In this document: positions 43,612-53,751 of the stretch, piece by piece
How the letters are laid out: the number at the start of each line of letters is the position of its first letter
How positions within the stretch are numbered: the first letter of the stretch is position 1
Sequence record: OR258281.1
Length of the DNA: 64,000 nt
Direction: 5' to 3' (one strand)
Notes under the pieces: generated by a model
Database searches by the model: none
What the model saw: the letters and a program-made list of their open reading frames with translations, nothing else
Told to the model about the DNA's origin: nothing
Translations under genes and position numbers: made by a program

Positions 43612-44673
43612 ATGAAAAGCACTTTGAGCTATTTCCGTGGAGCACTGACGTTTCTGGTAATCGGTATTGGGTTCGCAGCATATGATGGTTATATGTATGG
43701 GGGTATGGCTGGAGCATGGCCTGCTGTACTGACAATGCTGATGCTTGCTGGTCTTGAAATTAGTATGTCGATGGATAACGCAGTAGTCAATGCTGGTATT
43801 CTGAAACACATGTCACCGTTCTGGCGTAAGATGTTCCTGACAGTGGGTATGTTCATTGCAGTATTCGGTATGCGAGCATTTTTCCCATTAGTGATTATTT
43901 CCATTACAGGCGGAACTTCACTACTTGAAGCTGGGAAAATTGCACTATTCGATCATGAAAAATTCCAGAGTATTATGCTTGGTGCACACATGAGTATCAT
44001 GGGATTCGGTGCAGCATTCCTACTCATGGTTGGCTTGAATTACTTTGTACAAAAAGAACATGAAACTATCTGGATTCCAGTAGAGAAATGGTTCGAAAAA
44101 TTACCTGAAGGTGTGATTGCCCGTTTAGTACTAGGTGTTCTGATTACTACTCCAGTACTGGCAGGTGTATATATTACTCACCCATCAGAGTTCCAAGGTT
44201 TCGCAATCTCTATTGCTGTAGGCTTTGCTACTTATGTACTGTTAGATGTTATTAAAGCAATTGTTGGTGGTGGAGATATTGCAGCACTTGCAGCTAAACA
44301 TGGGGTACTTGCTTTCCTGTGGTTAGAAGTAATCGATGCAAGCTTTAGTCTCGATGGTGTCGTTGGTGCATTCAGTATCACAAATGATCCAGTACTGATT
44401 GCAATTGGTTGTGGTTTAGTTGGTGCAATGACAGTACGTGATGCTACTGTATATCTGGTAGAAACTGGTAAGTTAGATACTTATGAGTATCTTGAACCAG
44501 GTGCAATGTGGGCGATTTTAGCACTCGTTACCATCATGTTTGTAAGTGCATTTGGAGTACACGTACCGGAAGTAGTAGCTGGTGGCGTTAGTATTATGAT
44601 TATCATTGCAGCAGTAATTTGTAGTATTAAGAAGAATGGTCTTCATGATACAATGGAACTTGAAAACGAATAA
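43612..44673 (+). CDS. terC: TerC-like (DUF475) integral membrane protein
   Basis: LEISMSMDNAVVNA, EVIDASFSLDGVVGAF, LEPGAMWAI; multiple TM helices. Confidence 0.85.
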   Translation: MKSTLSYFRGALTFLVIGIGFAAYDGYMYGGMAGAWPAVLTMLMLAGLEISMSMDNAVVNAGILKHMSPFWRKMFLTVGMFIAVFGMRAFFPLVIISITGGTSLLEAGKIALFDHEKFQSIMLGAHMSIMGFGAAFLLMVGLNYFVQKEHETIWIPVEKWFEKLPEGVIARLVLGVLITTPVLAGVYITHPSEFQGFAISIAVGFATYVLLDVIKAIVGGGDIAALAAKHGVLAFLWLEVIDASFSLDGVVGAFSITNDPVLIAIGCGLVGAMTVRDATVYLVETGKLDTYEYLEPGAMWAILALVTIMFVSAFGVHVPEVVAGGVSIMIIIAAVICSIKKNGLHDTMELENE

Positions 44674-44687
44674 GTTCTGACAAATCT

Positions 44688-44719
44688 AAATACTCCCATA
44701 ATATTATGGGAGTATTTTT
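44688..44719 (+). terminator. rho-independent terminator
   Basis: aaatactcccata-atat-tatgggagtattt + T run. Confidence 0.85.
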
Positions 44720-44912
44720 ATGCCAATTAAGTTAACGACAGAACAATGAAGACGCGATTAAAAATGATTTTTTCATAAAAAAATGAGATAAATTTATTGC
44801 GGATTTCATACAAAGATGATATAGTTAGTGAAATTGATTCACACATGAATGACCTTAAGAAATGTGAAGTACTTATAAAAATTCATGGCGAAATAAAGTT
44901 TAAAAAGCATTG
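44720..44912 (+). pseudogene. possible decayed remnant of zinc-finger-repeat homing endonuclease
   Basis: MPIKLTTEQ* and ...KIHGE fragments resemble MPKKFTKEDF and CKIHGEF of 51968-53560. Confidence 0.3.
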
Positions 44913-44938
44913 ACAGATAGTACCAAACGTTTTAAAAT
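44910..44938 (+). promoter_or_regulatory. sigma70 promoter TTGACA-N17-TAAAAT
   Basis: near-perfect consensus upstream of terD-like gene. Confidence 0.8.
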
Positions 44939-44984
44939 ATATCCCGTAACGTAAACTTAATTCATACACAAGAAGGAAAATTAC

Positions 44985-45566
44985 ATGGCTCTCACTCTCG
45001 AAAAAGGTTCATCACTGCCACTGACTAAAGAAGACGGCAAAACACCACTGAACCGTATTCGTGTTGAACTGTCCTGGAATCCAAACGAAGGTGCATCTCA
45101 GTTCCAGTTCGACCTGGATGTATTAGGTGCAGTATGTAAAGATGAAACTCTGCAAGCAGTAGCAGCATCTGAAGTAGCATATTGGGGCCAGAAAGTTACC
45201 AAAGCTATCAAGGTTTCTCCTGATAACACTACTGGTAAAGGCGATGGCGTTGATGAATATATGGATGTTACTATCGATCAGGTAGCTCCTGAAGGTACTC
45301 GCATTCCGATTCTGGTTTACATCTATAACGCACGTCAGAAACAGCAGAGCTTTGCACAAGTTGATGGTGCAACAGTAGTACTGCGTGATCTTGATACTGG
45401 TAATGTAGTTGGTTCTTGTAACATTACTGAAAAAGGCACTTCAAGCGATGAATCACTGCTGGTCGGTGTGTTCGAAAAACAGGCTGATGGTACTTTCGTT
45501 TACAATCAGTTGAACGAATTCTACGATAAGAGCTTCCAGGAATGGGTTCAAGTCTTCACCAGCTAA
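44985..45566 (+). CDS. terD: TerD-family protein
   Basis: LTLEKG, LSWNP, FDLDV, DNTTGKGDGVDE, QSFAQV. Confidence 0.85.
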   Translation: MALTLEKGSSLPLTKEDGKTPLNRIRVELSWNPNEGASQFQFDLDVLGAVCKDETLQAVAASEVAYWGQKVTKAIKVSPDNTTGKGDGVDEYMDVTIDQVAPEGTRIPILVYIYNARQKQQSFAQVDGATVVLRDLDTGNVVGSCNITEKGTSSDESLLVGVFEKQADGTFVYNQLNEFYDKSFQEWVQVFTS

Positions 45567-45585
45567 TCTGAAGTTCTTCTACATT

Positions 45586-45618
45586 ATTGGGTACTCAATT
45601 GAGTACCCAATTCTTTTT
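45586..45618 (+). terminator. rho-independent terminator
   Basis: attgggtactc-aatt-gagtacccaat + T-rich tail. Confidence 0.8.
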
Positions 45619-45657
45619 AAACAGTACTTAAACAAAAGCTAAACAGAGGAAAAGTAT

Positions 45658-46248
45658 ATGTCTTTTACACTTGATAAAGGTTCTAAACTAAATCTTGATA
45701 AGTTTGAAGCCTCCGGCTTGAACGTTCTTCGTGTTGAAATGAATTGGGATGCACCAGAAAAAACAAGTTCTCATTTTAAAACGTATGATTACGATCTGGA
45801 TGCAGTTGCATTTATCATTGACAAAAATGAAAAAGCAATTGATAACTACAAACATTTTTGTTTCTTCAAACAGCCAAATACTCCAGCAATTCTGAGTTCA
45901 GGGGATGACCTGAATGGTAAAGATGGTGGTGAATCCCTTCTGATTACCCTGGCTAATGTACCAACAGAAGGTACACAGATTCCAATTATCGTTGATCTGC
46001 ACAAAGCAGCAGAACGTAAGCAGAACCTGTCTCAGATGAAATCTGGTACTGTTCAGATCCTGAACCATGAAACTGATGAAGTACTTTGTACTATCAACAT
46101 GAGTTCGTTCTCAAGCAGTGATACTTCAATCCTGTGTGCTATGGTTAACCGCACATCGTCTGGTTTTGACGTAGAAAACATCAGCTTAGGTTTTGATAAA
46201 GGCTTGGGTGATTGGGTTAAATTGTACGGGATTGATTTGACCAAATAA
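45658..46248 (+). CDS. terD: TerD-family protein (second paralog)
   Basis: FTLDKG, MNWD, YDLDAVAF, SGDDLNGKDGGE, QNLSQM. Confidence 0.85.
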   Translation: MSFTLDKGSKLNLDKFEASGLNVLRVEMNWDAPEKTSSHFKTYDYDLDAVAFIIDKNEKAIDNYKHFCFFKQPNTPAILSSGDDLNGKDGGESLLITLANVPTEGTQIPIIVDLHKAAERKQNLSQMKSGTVQILNHETDEVLCTINMSSFSSSDTSILCAMVNRTSSGFDVENISLGFDKGLGDWVKLYGIDLTK

Positions 46249-46269
46249 GTAAAAGCTGTTAGAATTAAT

Positions 46270-46293
46270 GGGTGCTGAAGAAGCACCCTTTTT
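46270..46293 (+). terminator. rho-independent terminator
   Basis: gggtgct-gaaga-agcaccc + T run. Confidence 0.8.
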
Positions 46294-46310
46294 CGCATAG
46301 GGATGAATAA

Positions 46311-47315
46311 ATGAGTACAGATTATAAAAACCTTTTTAACAAGAATAAAAAGAAAGATTATTCTAATCTGTTTTCTAATATAGAAAAAGAAGTACCAAGT
46401 ACTACAACCTCTAATCAGGAATCAAGAATGGCGTATAAAAACTTATTCAACGATGCTGATAAAAAGGAAGAACCAAGTACACCAGAACCTAAAAAGGCAT
46501 ACAATAATTTGTTTGGTTCTAGTACTAATACTCCTTCAGAACCAGCAAAGAGTAAAATTCCAGTGTTTCCACAAGAAGCACCTAAACGAACTTCAATACC
46601 GCAACGTATCGTAGATCCAAGAGTTCCGGTTATTCAACAAATTGATGCAAAGATTAGTACTCATGCAGTAATAGAATGGATTGATAACTTTGATCTAAAG
46701 TTCAAAGAACTGAGTAAAGTTAACCAGGATTTATCACAGCGTGAATTAGATCTTGCAATGGACTTTACTGGTGGTCGTACTTCGGTACAGAAGCTGTTTA
46801 CGGACATTAAAATTACTGTTGGTAAACTGAAAGGGCCGGAAAAGAAACAAGGTTTTATTTCCCGGTTACTTAGTACTCCAGAAGAATTTAAACTTACTCA
46901 GGATGTAATTACCGATGTTATCCAGAGTATACGAGTACTTCTTGAAGTTTTCGCAAGAAAGTCAAAGTACAATACAAGTATGTTTGTACGTTCTGAAATG
47001 CGGAAGATTGAAACTGATATTTCTGAATTAAAAAGTGAACTTCAATGTGCATTGGTTGCAAGTCAGTACCTTAAAAGTACCGACGACTTTAAAGCACCAG
47101 CACTGTTGGAGAAAGTACAGAAATTAAGTACTTTAGTTGATCTGTCTGAAATTCAGTTAAAGAATTCATATCAGCTTCTTGAAAAAGATATTGATTCATA
47201 TGAGAACCTTAAGAACACTACAGTTCCGTTCTTGTATATTAAGATTCAAAGTCTCATGAACAGTACTTTAGATACTGAAGTACTCAACGTAATTAACGAT
47301 ATTGATAAACTCTAA
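46311..47315 (+). CDS. hypothetical coiled-coil protein next to TelA
   Basis: N-terminal repeated (Y)xNLF motifs also at the TelA N-terminus; helical C-terminus. Confidence 0.7.
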   Translation: MSTDYKNLFNKNKKKDYSNLFSNIEKEVPSTTTSNQESRMAYKNLFNDADKKEEPSTPEPKKAYNNLFGSSTNTPSEPAKSKIPVFPQEAPKRTSIPQRIVDPRVPVIQQIDAKISTHAVIEWIDNFDLKFKELSKVNQDLSQRELDLAMDFTGGRTSVQKLFTDIKITVGKLKGPEKKQGFISRLLSTPEEFKLTQDVITDVIQSIRVLLEVFARKSKYNTSMFVRSEMRKIETDISELKSELQCALVASQYLKSTDDFKAPALLEKVQKLSTLVDLSEIQLKNSYQLLEKDIDSYENLKNTTVPFLYIKIQSLMNSTLDTEVLNVINDIDKL

Positions 47316-47324
47316 GGGTATACT

Positions 47325-48431
47325 ATGTCATACGGTAATCTGTTTAAAGATAAAAACACATCTGCTAAAGAAACTACTGTCATTGATGCAGAGAAAAATA
47401 CAAGTACTGGTACTTTTGAGCAAAGTGTTAAATCACTTCCAGTACTGAAAGATTCTAAGGGTAATATTTTCAACATGACCCTTACTGATATTCCAAAATT
47501 TGGTGTTGTAAAAGATTCCAAAATGCAGGAAATCAACAACCAGATCCTTAATAAAACAATGGTTGCTGACAGTGGTGTTATGGCCCAAGGTTTTACCCAA
47601 ATCATGGCACTTACTGATAAAGTAGACTTTGGCCTACTTCAAGAAACTAATGGTAAAGTAGGCTTTATTGCGAGTATTCGTAATAAGTTCATTGATAAAA
47701 AAGCCCAAGTTACCGCACAATTTACAACAGTACGTACTCAGATCACTGCGATTGCTGCATCTCTTCAGGAAAAAGTTAAAGAGATGGAACAGGAAGGTAT
47801 CTGGCTTGAACAAGCATACCGCATGAACATTGAAGAAATCAAAGAATGGGAACAGAACAAAGTACTTGTTGAAAATGCACTTGCACAGGCTGAAAAGTAT
47901 CTCGGTTATCTTGGTGAACTTGACGATTCAAGTACTGAAGAGATCGAAGAAACGCGTATTAAGGTTAATGCATTAAGTTCTCAAGCTGATACTGTTCGTA
48001 AGATGCATATGCTGAGTACTTTGGCTGCACCAGAAATTCGCATGATGCAGGTTACTAACTACAACAACCTGACTAAATTCAATAACATTATTGGGTTAAG
48101 TATTCCGTTTTGGGAAAAGAAAATGTCCCTGGCACTTACCTCAGAAAAACAACGTCAGTCTATTGCACAAGGTGCTGCAATGGATGACTTCACTAATAAA
48201 CTTATTGAAGAAACTGCTAAGCAAGTTGGTAAGAATATGGTTGATTCAGCTAACGCAGCACAACGTGGTATTGCTGATGTAGATATTATGGTTGAAGCTA
48301 CCAATGTTATCGTGAATGCAATGAAAGAAGCAGTACAGATCGATAAAAACGGTAACGAAACTCGTCGTCAGAATGCCGTGAAGATTGAAGATTCAATGAA
48401 TAAAATGAAAGAAGCACTGCGTACCATTTAA
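47325..48431 (+). CDS. telA: toxic anion resistance protein TelA-like
   Basis: APEIRMMQ.TN..., IPFWEKKMSLAL, Q..IA..MDDFTNKLI. Confidence 0.8.
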   Translation: MSYGNLFKDKNTSAKETTVIDAEKNTSTGTFEQSVKSLPVLKDSKGNIFNMTLTDIPKFGVVKDSKMQEINNQILNKTMVADSGVMAQGFTQIMALTDKVDFGLLQETNGKVGFIASIRNKFIDKKAQVTAQFTTVRTQITAIAASLQEKVKEMEQEGIWLEQAYRMNIEEIKEWEQNKVLVENALAQAEKYLGYLGELDDSSTEEIEETRIKVNALSSQADTVRKMHMLSTLAAPEIRMMQVTNYNNLTKFNNIIGLSIPFWEKKMSLALTSEKQRQSIAQGAAMDDFTNKLIEETAKQVGKNMVDSANAAQRGIADVDIMVEATNVIVNAMKEAVQIDKNGNETRRQNAVKIEDSMNKMKEALRTI

Positions 48432-48455
48432 TAGTGATACACAGTACTGAATACT

Positions 48456-48478
48456 AACCCCGCTATGCGGGGTTTTTT
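48456..48478 (+). terminator. rho-independent terminator
   Basis: aaccccgc-tat-gcggggtt + T run. Confidence 0.9.
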
Positions 48479-48492
48479 AGTAGGTAAAAAAC

Positions 48493-48786
48493 ATGATCGG
48501 CACTTTTAATGTATGTACTAAAGTACTCAAACTCATCAAAACATATGTATTCGGATGGGATGTAACTGATCTCAGAAATGAAAGAAATGTTGTAATCAGG
48601 TTCTTGAGGAAAAGGTACGATGAATTTGTAGTACTAATGATACTTGCAGGTATCAGTGCAGTCTTTAATCTTATATTAGGTTTGTTCTGTGGTCAAATAG
48701 GACAAATTATATCTTTCATTGATTTACTAATGAGTATCTTCAGTGCATATCTATTAGTGTCAGAAAATAGAGGGCTATTACCGTGA
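48493..48786 (+). CDS. membrane protein (2 TM)
   Basis: hydrophobic C-terminal half. Confidence 0.65.
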   Translation: MIGTFNVCTKVLKLIKTYVFGWDVTDLRNERNVVIRFLRKRYDEFVVLMILAGISAVFNLILGLFCGQIGQIISFIDLLMSIFSAYLLVSENRGLLP

Positions 48787-49148
48787 TCTGGTTTATTTTA
48801 TTTCAAGTTTTAGGTTTAGTTGCAGTACTTGGTATTTGGTACTTGATTCACAAAGTACGTAGGAATAAACATCCAGAAGATATGTTTACTGATCTACTTC
48901 TGGATAATATTAAGAAAGTACTAATCAGTGCAGGTTTTGTATTTGTACTTCTTACCTTATGCATGGTTAAGCCAATCTACTACAGTGCTAAGTGTTCTAT
49001 TCATGGTACTAGTATGAATGCTAAAACTAAGTACTCATGGGTAATGGGTGAGTGTTTAATGGAAACCAAAAATGGTTCATGGATTCCGGTAAAGATTACT
49101 CGTGGCGTACCTGATGGAGCAGATGATCACGATTCTTATAGTGAATAA
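48783..49148 (+). CDS. membrane protein (2 TM)
   Basis: GTG start; two hydrophobic segments. Confidence 0.7.
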   Translation: MIWFILFQVLGLVAVLGIWYLIHKVRRNKHPEDMFTDLLLDNIKKVLISAGFVFVLLTLCMVKPIYYSAKCSIHGTSMNAKTKYSWVMGECLMETKNGSWIPVKITRGVPDGADDHDSYSE

Positions 49149-49149
49149 T

Positions 49150-49611
49150 ATGACAATCCAAGAACAACTTGATTACATCAGAAAGAATTTAACTTCGTGT
49201 GAATATGATAAGGACTTTCAAACAGCAGTACAATTTTATAACTATTGTGGCTCTTATATTGAAATAAGAACCGTATTCTTTAGTGATGAGGTTAATGACA
49301 AATCACTATGGATAAAGTATAAAGAAAATGACCAGTATTTTATTGCTTATGAAGAACGGGGTTTTGTTGTTAATAGAATTGCAGTTATTAAAAATCAAGT
49401 AAACTTATATAATGGTTGTTATTTCAGTAATAGTAGTAATATAGATGTTGAACCTAGATTATGTAATACTGAAGACTTAGATACTTCACTTCTTTTTAAT
49501 TTGATTATTGATGGTTTTGGTGATTTTAAACCATGTGTAGATGCATATAAACTTATGGTTGAAATGAAAGATACTATACAAAGTACTTTTCGGGAGGCAG
49601 GATGGAGTTAA
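49150..49611 (+). CDS. hypothetical protein, possible distant DxxFN family member
   Basis: EDLDTSLLFNL near C-terminus. Confidence 0.65.
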   Translation: MTIQEQLDYIRKNLTSCEYDKDFQTAVQFYNYCGSYIEIRTVFFSDEVNDKSLWIKYKENDQYFIAYEERGFVVNRIAVIKNQVNLYNGCYFSNSSNIDVEPRLCNTEDLDTSLLFNLIIDGFGDFKPCVDAYKLMVEMKDTIQSTFREAGWS

Positions 49612-49721
49612 TTTTAAGTATTCTAACTTTGTGTGCATTTGGAGTACTAGGTGTTGCTTTATTCATGTTAGTACTAATAGTAATTTGTGCTATTGAAGAA
49701 ATTTTATCTAAGAGATTTTAA
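49602..49721 (+). CDS. small single-TM protein (39 aa, missed by ORF track)
   Basis: MELILSILTLCAFGVLGVALFMLVLIVICAIEEILSKRF; SD ggagg. Confidence 0.6.
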   Translation: MELILSILTLCAFGVLGVALFMLVLIVICAIEEILSKRF

Positions 49722-49722
49722 T

Positions 49723-49881
49723 ATGGAAACACTACTTTTTACTTTAACAATTCTAATGCTAATAATGTGTGTTGTAGCTGTTATTAGTATTTTTGGATTT
49801 GTTGTTTATATGATGTACTCTATGATATGCGATGATATTCAAGATCGTAAAAAACGTAAGGATTATGACGAATGGAACTAA
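49723..49881 (+). CDS. small single-TM protein (52 aa)
   Basis: METLLFTLTILMLIMCVVAVISIFGFVVYMM... Confidence 0.6.
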   Translation: METLLFTLTILMLIMCVVAVISIFGFVVYMMYSMICDDIQDRKKRKDYDEWN

Positions 49882-49994
49882 TTTTAACCATACTGGCATG
49901 GTGGTTTGGTATTACGGTGTTAGGTCTAGCATTAGTTGGATTCTTCGCTATAATGTTATTTTGTGATGTAGTAGATGAATTAAACAGACGATAG
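49872..49994 (+). CDS. small single-TM protein (40 aa, missed by ORF track)
   Basis: MELILTILAWWFGITVLGLALVGFFAIMLFCDVVDELNRR. Confidence 0.6.
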   Translation: MELILTILAWWFGITVLGLALVGFFAIMLFCDVVDELNRR

Positions 49995-50001
49995 GAGAAA
50001 T

Positions 50002-50481
50002 ATGATTGTATTCGAAGATGATGATTCTGACCTATATGATCCTTTAAATGATGGAATCACTCATATCAATACATATAGTCGTGGTAAAACATTATTGGGT
50101 AGAATGCTCTCTAATTTTTATCACGCACCTTTTGAACATCCAGAATTTGGTAAGTTCGACTCAGTTGAAGGATTCTGGTACTGGTATAAAACTGGTGCTA
50201 AATATGACACACTGAGAAACCTTAGCGGGTATAAAGCTAAGGAAGAAGGAAAGAAGTACCCAACCGTTGAGGTTGATGATTTTTCTGAAAGAGTACTAGA
50301 ATGTTTAGTACTTAAAATTACTTCCAATACTGAAATCTACAATGAATTAAAGGATAGTACTCTACCTTTTGTTCACTACTATTACTATGGGGAAGAAAAC
50401 CCTAAAGTACATAAAGTACCTAGTGGTGATTGGTTAATGGAAGCACTGGAAGATATTCGTAAATTAATTAAGGAAGATTAA
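50002..50481 (+). CDS. NADAR-like protein (T4 30.3-like)
   Basis: THINTYSRGKTLLGRMLSNF, FDSVEGFWYW. Confidence 0.65.
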   Translation: MIVFEDDDSDLYDPLNDGITHINTYSRGKTLLGRMLSNFYHAPFEHPEFGKFDSVEGFWYWYKTGAKYDTLRNLSGYKAKEEGKKYPTVEVDDFSERVLECLVLKITSNTEIYNELKDSTLPFVHYYYYGEENPKVHKVPSGDWLMEALEDIRKLIKED

Positions 50482-50482
50482 C

Positions 50483-51628
50483 ATGGAAAAGATTTATAAT
50501 ACTGCTCATACTCGTATTTGTACCTATGATGATGCACTAAAACTACTTGAAAGTCTATCTTTACAGACTGAGTTATCTATACTTGCTATGAGCCATAATG
50601 AATCTGGTAAAGTAAGTATTACTTATTCATTCAACAAGGATGTTAAAGAACAACTAAGCCTAGAAGTAATAGCGTCTTATATTGTTAAAGCCAAATCTGA
50701 CATTTACTCTTATATTATGGAAGACAAGAAACGAAATCTTGATGAATCTGAAAAAGTAAAAGAGTTTGTAGCAGAACCAGTACTACCTAAAGTAGCTTCA
50801 TTCTTTGAAAACCTTCTTACAAAGTTTGAAGAAGTAGCACAAGAAGATAATCCTGAAGTACTAAATCAGATTACTGCTAAACTGCAAGAAGCGGCAGACG
50901 ATGTTTCTAAAATGGATCTGTTTGACTATGAACGACCAGCAGCCCTAATGAAACAGGTACTGAATGGATATAAAAATGCGTTGAATATTCCAGTAAATGA
51001 GGTACTATTTCATAAAGATAAAACTGGCAACTTGAAACTTAATGAAGGTAAAGAACCGCAACCAACGGAACAAAATTTAGTAGAACCGAGTATTACAGTG
51101 ATTGATGATACTGAACAGCGTAAAAATGCCAAAATTATGCGTGATATTCTTCATGCGGTTGAAGAAGCAGATAACGGCACTTATCACAAGAAAATTGCCG
51201 ACGAAATTGATTCTAAAGTACTTGCATATAATGCTACAATTGATAGTGTACTACCATTACAGAAAGAGATTTATGATCTCGTCCAAAAGCTTCCTAATAA
51301 AGAAAGCTATGATGTATTCATCAATGAAAGCGGTAAGTTTGAAGTGGTTAAAGTACCAGGTGTTTCAGTACTGAAGAACGTTAAGTTCGGTTCACAACGT
51401 AGTACTTCTGAATATGATGTACTTTATGTTGACATGTATCATAATGGAGTATTCAGTAGTGAAAATGCAATTCCAGTTGGGGCAAATGCAAAACACATTA
51501 TGTACAGTACTACTAAAGTACCTTTTGAGCGTTTTACTATTACACGTTCTGGTAATAACTTTATTGCGGTTGAAGTAGTAGAAGATCTGGTAGATGAAAT
51601 TACTCGTCTAGCTGGTGTTAAAAAATAA
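50483..51628 (+). CDS. hypothetical protein
   Basis: 381 aa ORF. Confidence 0.75.
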   Translation: MEKIYNTAHTRICTYDDALKLLESLSLQTELSILAMSHNESGKVSITYSFNKDVKEQLSLEVIASYIVKAKSDIYSYIMEDKKRNLDESEKVKEFVAEPVLPKVASFFENLLTKFEEVAQEDNPEVLNQITAKLQEAADDVSKMDLFDYERPAALMKQVLNGYKNALNIPVNEVLFHKDKTGNLKLNEGKEPQPTEQNLVEPSITVIDDTEQRKNAKIMRDILHAVEEADNGTYHKKIADEIDSKVLAYNATIDSVLPLQKEIYDLVQKLPNKESYDVFINESGKFEVVKVPGVSVLKNVKFGSQRSTSEYDVLYVDMYHNGVFSSENAIPVGANAKHIMYSTTKVPFERFTITRSGNNFIAVEVVEDLVDEITRLAGVKK

Positions 51629-51637
51629 GAGGTAATT

Positions 51638-51853
51638 ATGTTACGTTCACAACTTGAAGTAGATTTTCCTAAGTTCAAAGATCGCCTGTTCTATACGAAA
51701 CAGGAGGCACTGGATTCAGGCTTAAGCGGCACGGTGTACATTGGCTCGCCTGCGGTGCACAGCGTGTGTGAGATTAACACACGTGAGGTCAGAGGTAGTA
51801 CTGAAGTGGTGAAGGTTATCAATTACACTTGGACTCGGACTTATTGGGACTGA
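51638..51853 (+). CDS. hypothetical protein
   Basis: 71 aa with SD gagg. Confidence 0.65.
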   Translation: MLRSQLEVDFPKFKDRLFYTKQEALDSGLSGTVYIGSPAVHSVCEINTREVRGSTEVVKVINYTWTRTYWD

Positions 51854-51866
51854 GTAAAATTAGATT

Positions 51867-51892
51867 AGGGAGGCTTCGGCCTCCTTTTTTTT
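51867..51892 (+). terminator. rho-independent terminator
   Basis: ggaggc-ttcg-gcctcc + T9. Confidence 0.9.
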
Positions 51893-51967
51893 GGCTCAAA
51901 AATAGGTTGATTAACACGGATGATATGATATAATTTTCAGAATTGTTTAGTTCTTGAGTTTTGGGAA

Positions 51968-53560
51968 ATGCCTAAAAAGTTTACAAAAGAAGATTTTATT
52001 TCAAAAGCTATTAATATTCATAAAAACAAATATGATTACTCTAAAGTTGAATACATTAATAGTAGAACCAAGATTAAGATAATTTGTAAAATACATGGTG
52101 AATTTGAACAACTGCCATATGTACATTTTACAAGTGATGGTTGTTATACATGTGGACGAGAAACAACTCGCGATAAAAATAAAAAAGGTAAAGAACAATT
52201 CATAAAAGATTCAGTTTCAATTTATGGTACTAAATTCAATTATGATAAGGTTGATTACTTAAATGCTGTTACAAAAGTAATCATCACCTGTCCAATCCAT
52301 GGTGATATACTAATTAGACCAAAAGACCATATATTTAAAAAGAGAAGTTGTAAACACTGCAATTTAATATCTAAGAATGGTAATAGAAGAAGAGGTATAA
52401 CAAAAAATACAGAGGATTTTGTAAGTAAATCAATAGAAAAACATGGAATGAAATATACTTATGAAAAAACACAATATATCAATTCCAAAGATAAAGTAAT
52501 AATAACATGTACTGAACATGGAGATTTTGAGCAAACACCTAGCAATCATTTAACTGGTTTTGGTTGTTCAAAATGTTCAGGTACATTTAGATACGACACT
52601 GAATCTTACATTGAGAAGGCATGTCAGGTACATAACAACAAATATAAGTATGATAAAACCATTTATAAAATGGGAAGATCTAAAATAATAATAACATGTC
52701 CTATTCATGGAGATTTTGAACAGGTTGCAAGTGGTCACCTATCAGGAAATGGTTGCTCAAAATGTGGAGGAACCGAAAAATTAACAACCGAAATTTTTAT
52801 TCAGAGAGCAAACAAAGCACATAAGGGATTATATACATATGAAAAAGTAAAGTACGTAAATCTTACTACCAAAGTAAAAATTACTTGTCCTACTCATGGA
52901 GTATTTGAACAGAGTCCTGATAAACATATAGAAGGAAATGGTTGTAAAAAATGCTCAGGAATGGAACAATCCAATACAAATGACTTTATAAAAAAATCTA
53001 GCATAATACATAATAACATATATAATTATGATAAAGTAAATTATGTTACAGCACACAAAATCGTTACAATAACTTGTCCAGAACATGGTGATTTTGAAAT
53101 TACACCCAATCGACACTTAAATGGGTCAGGATGTATTTTATGCTCAACTGGTGGTGGATATAGAAGAACTAAAATAGGTTATTTTTATATCCACAACATA
53201 CATGACGAAAATGGATGTGTTAAATATTACAAATTTGGAATTACTAATAATCAGAGGAAAAGATTTCAAATACTATCTAGAAATAATAATGTAACTATAA
53301 CTCAGTTTAAATGCTTTAAATCTGATAATGGCGAAGAGATTATAAATTTAGAATCATTCATCAAATCATCTGATATAAAAACTAAAGTACTTGAACAAAC
53401 TAGTATGTCAGACGGGTATACTGAAACTATAAATGTAGAAGATTTACCTAAACTTATGAAAATAGTTCATAAATTTATGAACAAAGAGGGTTCATCTATT
53501 GTAGAAACGAGTTTAGTTACTGATTTAAAAGTATATAAAAAGAAAAATTCTACTAAGTGA
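51968..53560 (+). mobile_element. free-standing homing endonuclease-like gene with about 6 ITCPxHGxFxQ zinc-finger repeats and C-terminal GIY-YIG-like domain
   Basis: Repeats F(I/V)xK(A/S)..H..KYxY.K..Y....KVxITCPxHG.F.Q; C-terminal GYFYIH...YKFGIT; very AT-rich. Confidence 0.75.
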
Positions 53561-53577
53561 TATAATGAGGTTAAAAT

Positions 53578-53751
53578 ATGAAACGTAAAACAGATACACG
53601 TACTGATTTAGAAGAATGTAAAGCAAAGATTGAAGCATTACTTAAAGAGTACAATTGTACTGTTTGGGGTGTACATGATTGGTGTAATGTAGTACTTGAA
53701 GATAAAGATACCAAAGAAACGGTAGGATTAGGTAATGAGAAAACATACTGA
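53578..53751 (+). CDS. small hypothetical protein (57 aa, missed by ORF track), paralog of next
   Basis: MKRKTDTRTDLEECKAKIEALLKEYNC...LEDKDTKETVG; SD gagg. Confidence 0.7.
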   Translation: MKRKTDTRTDLEECKAKIEALLKEYNCTVWGVHDWCNVVLEDKDTKETVGLGNEKTY

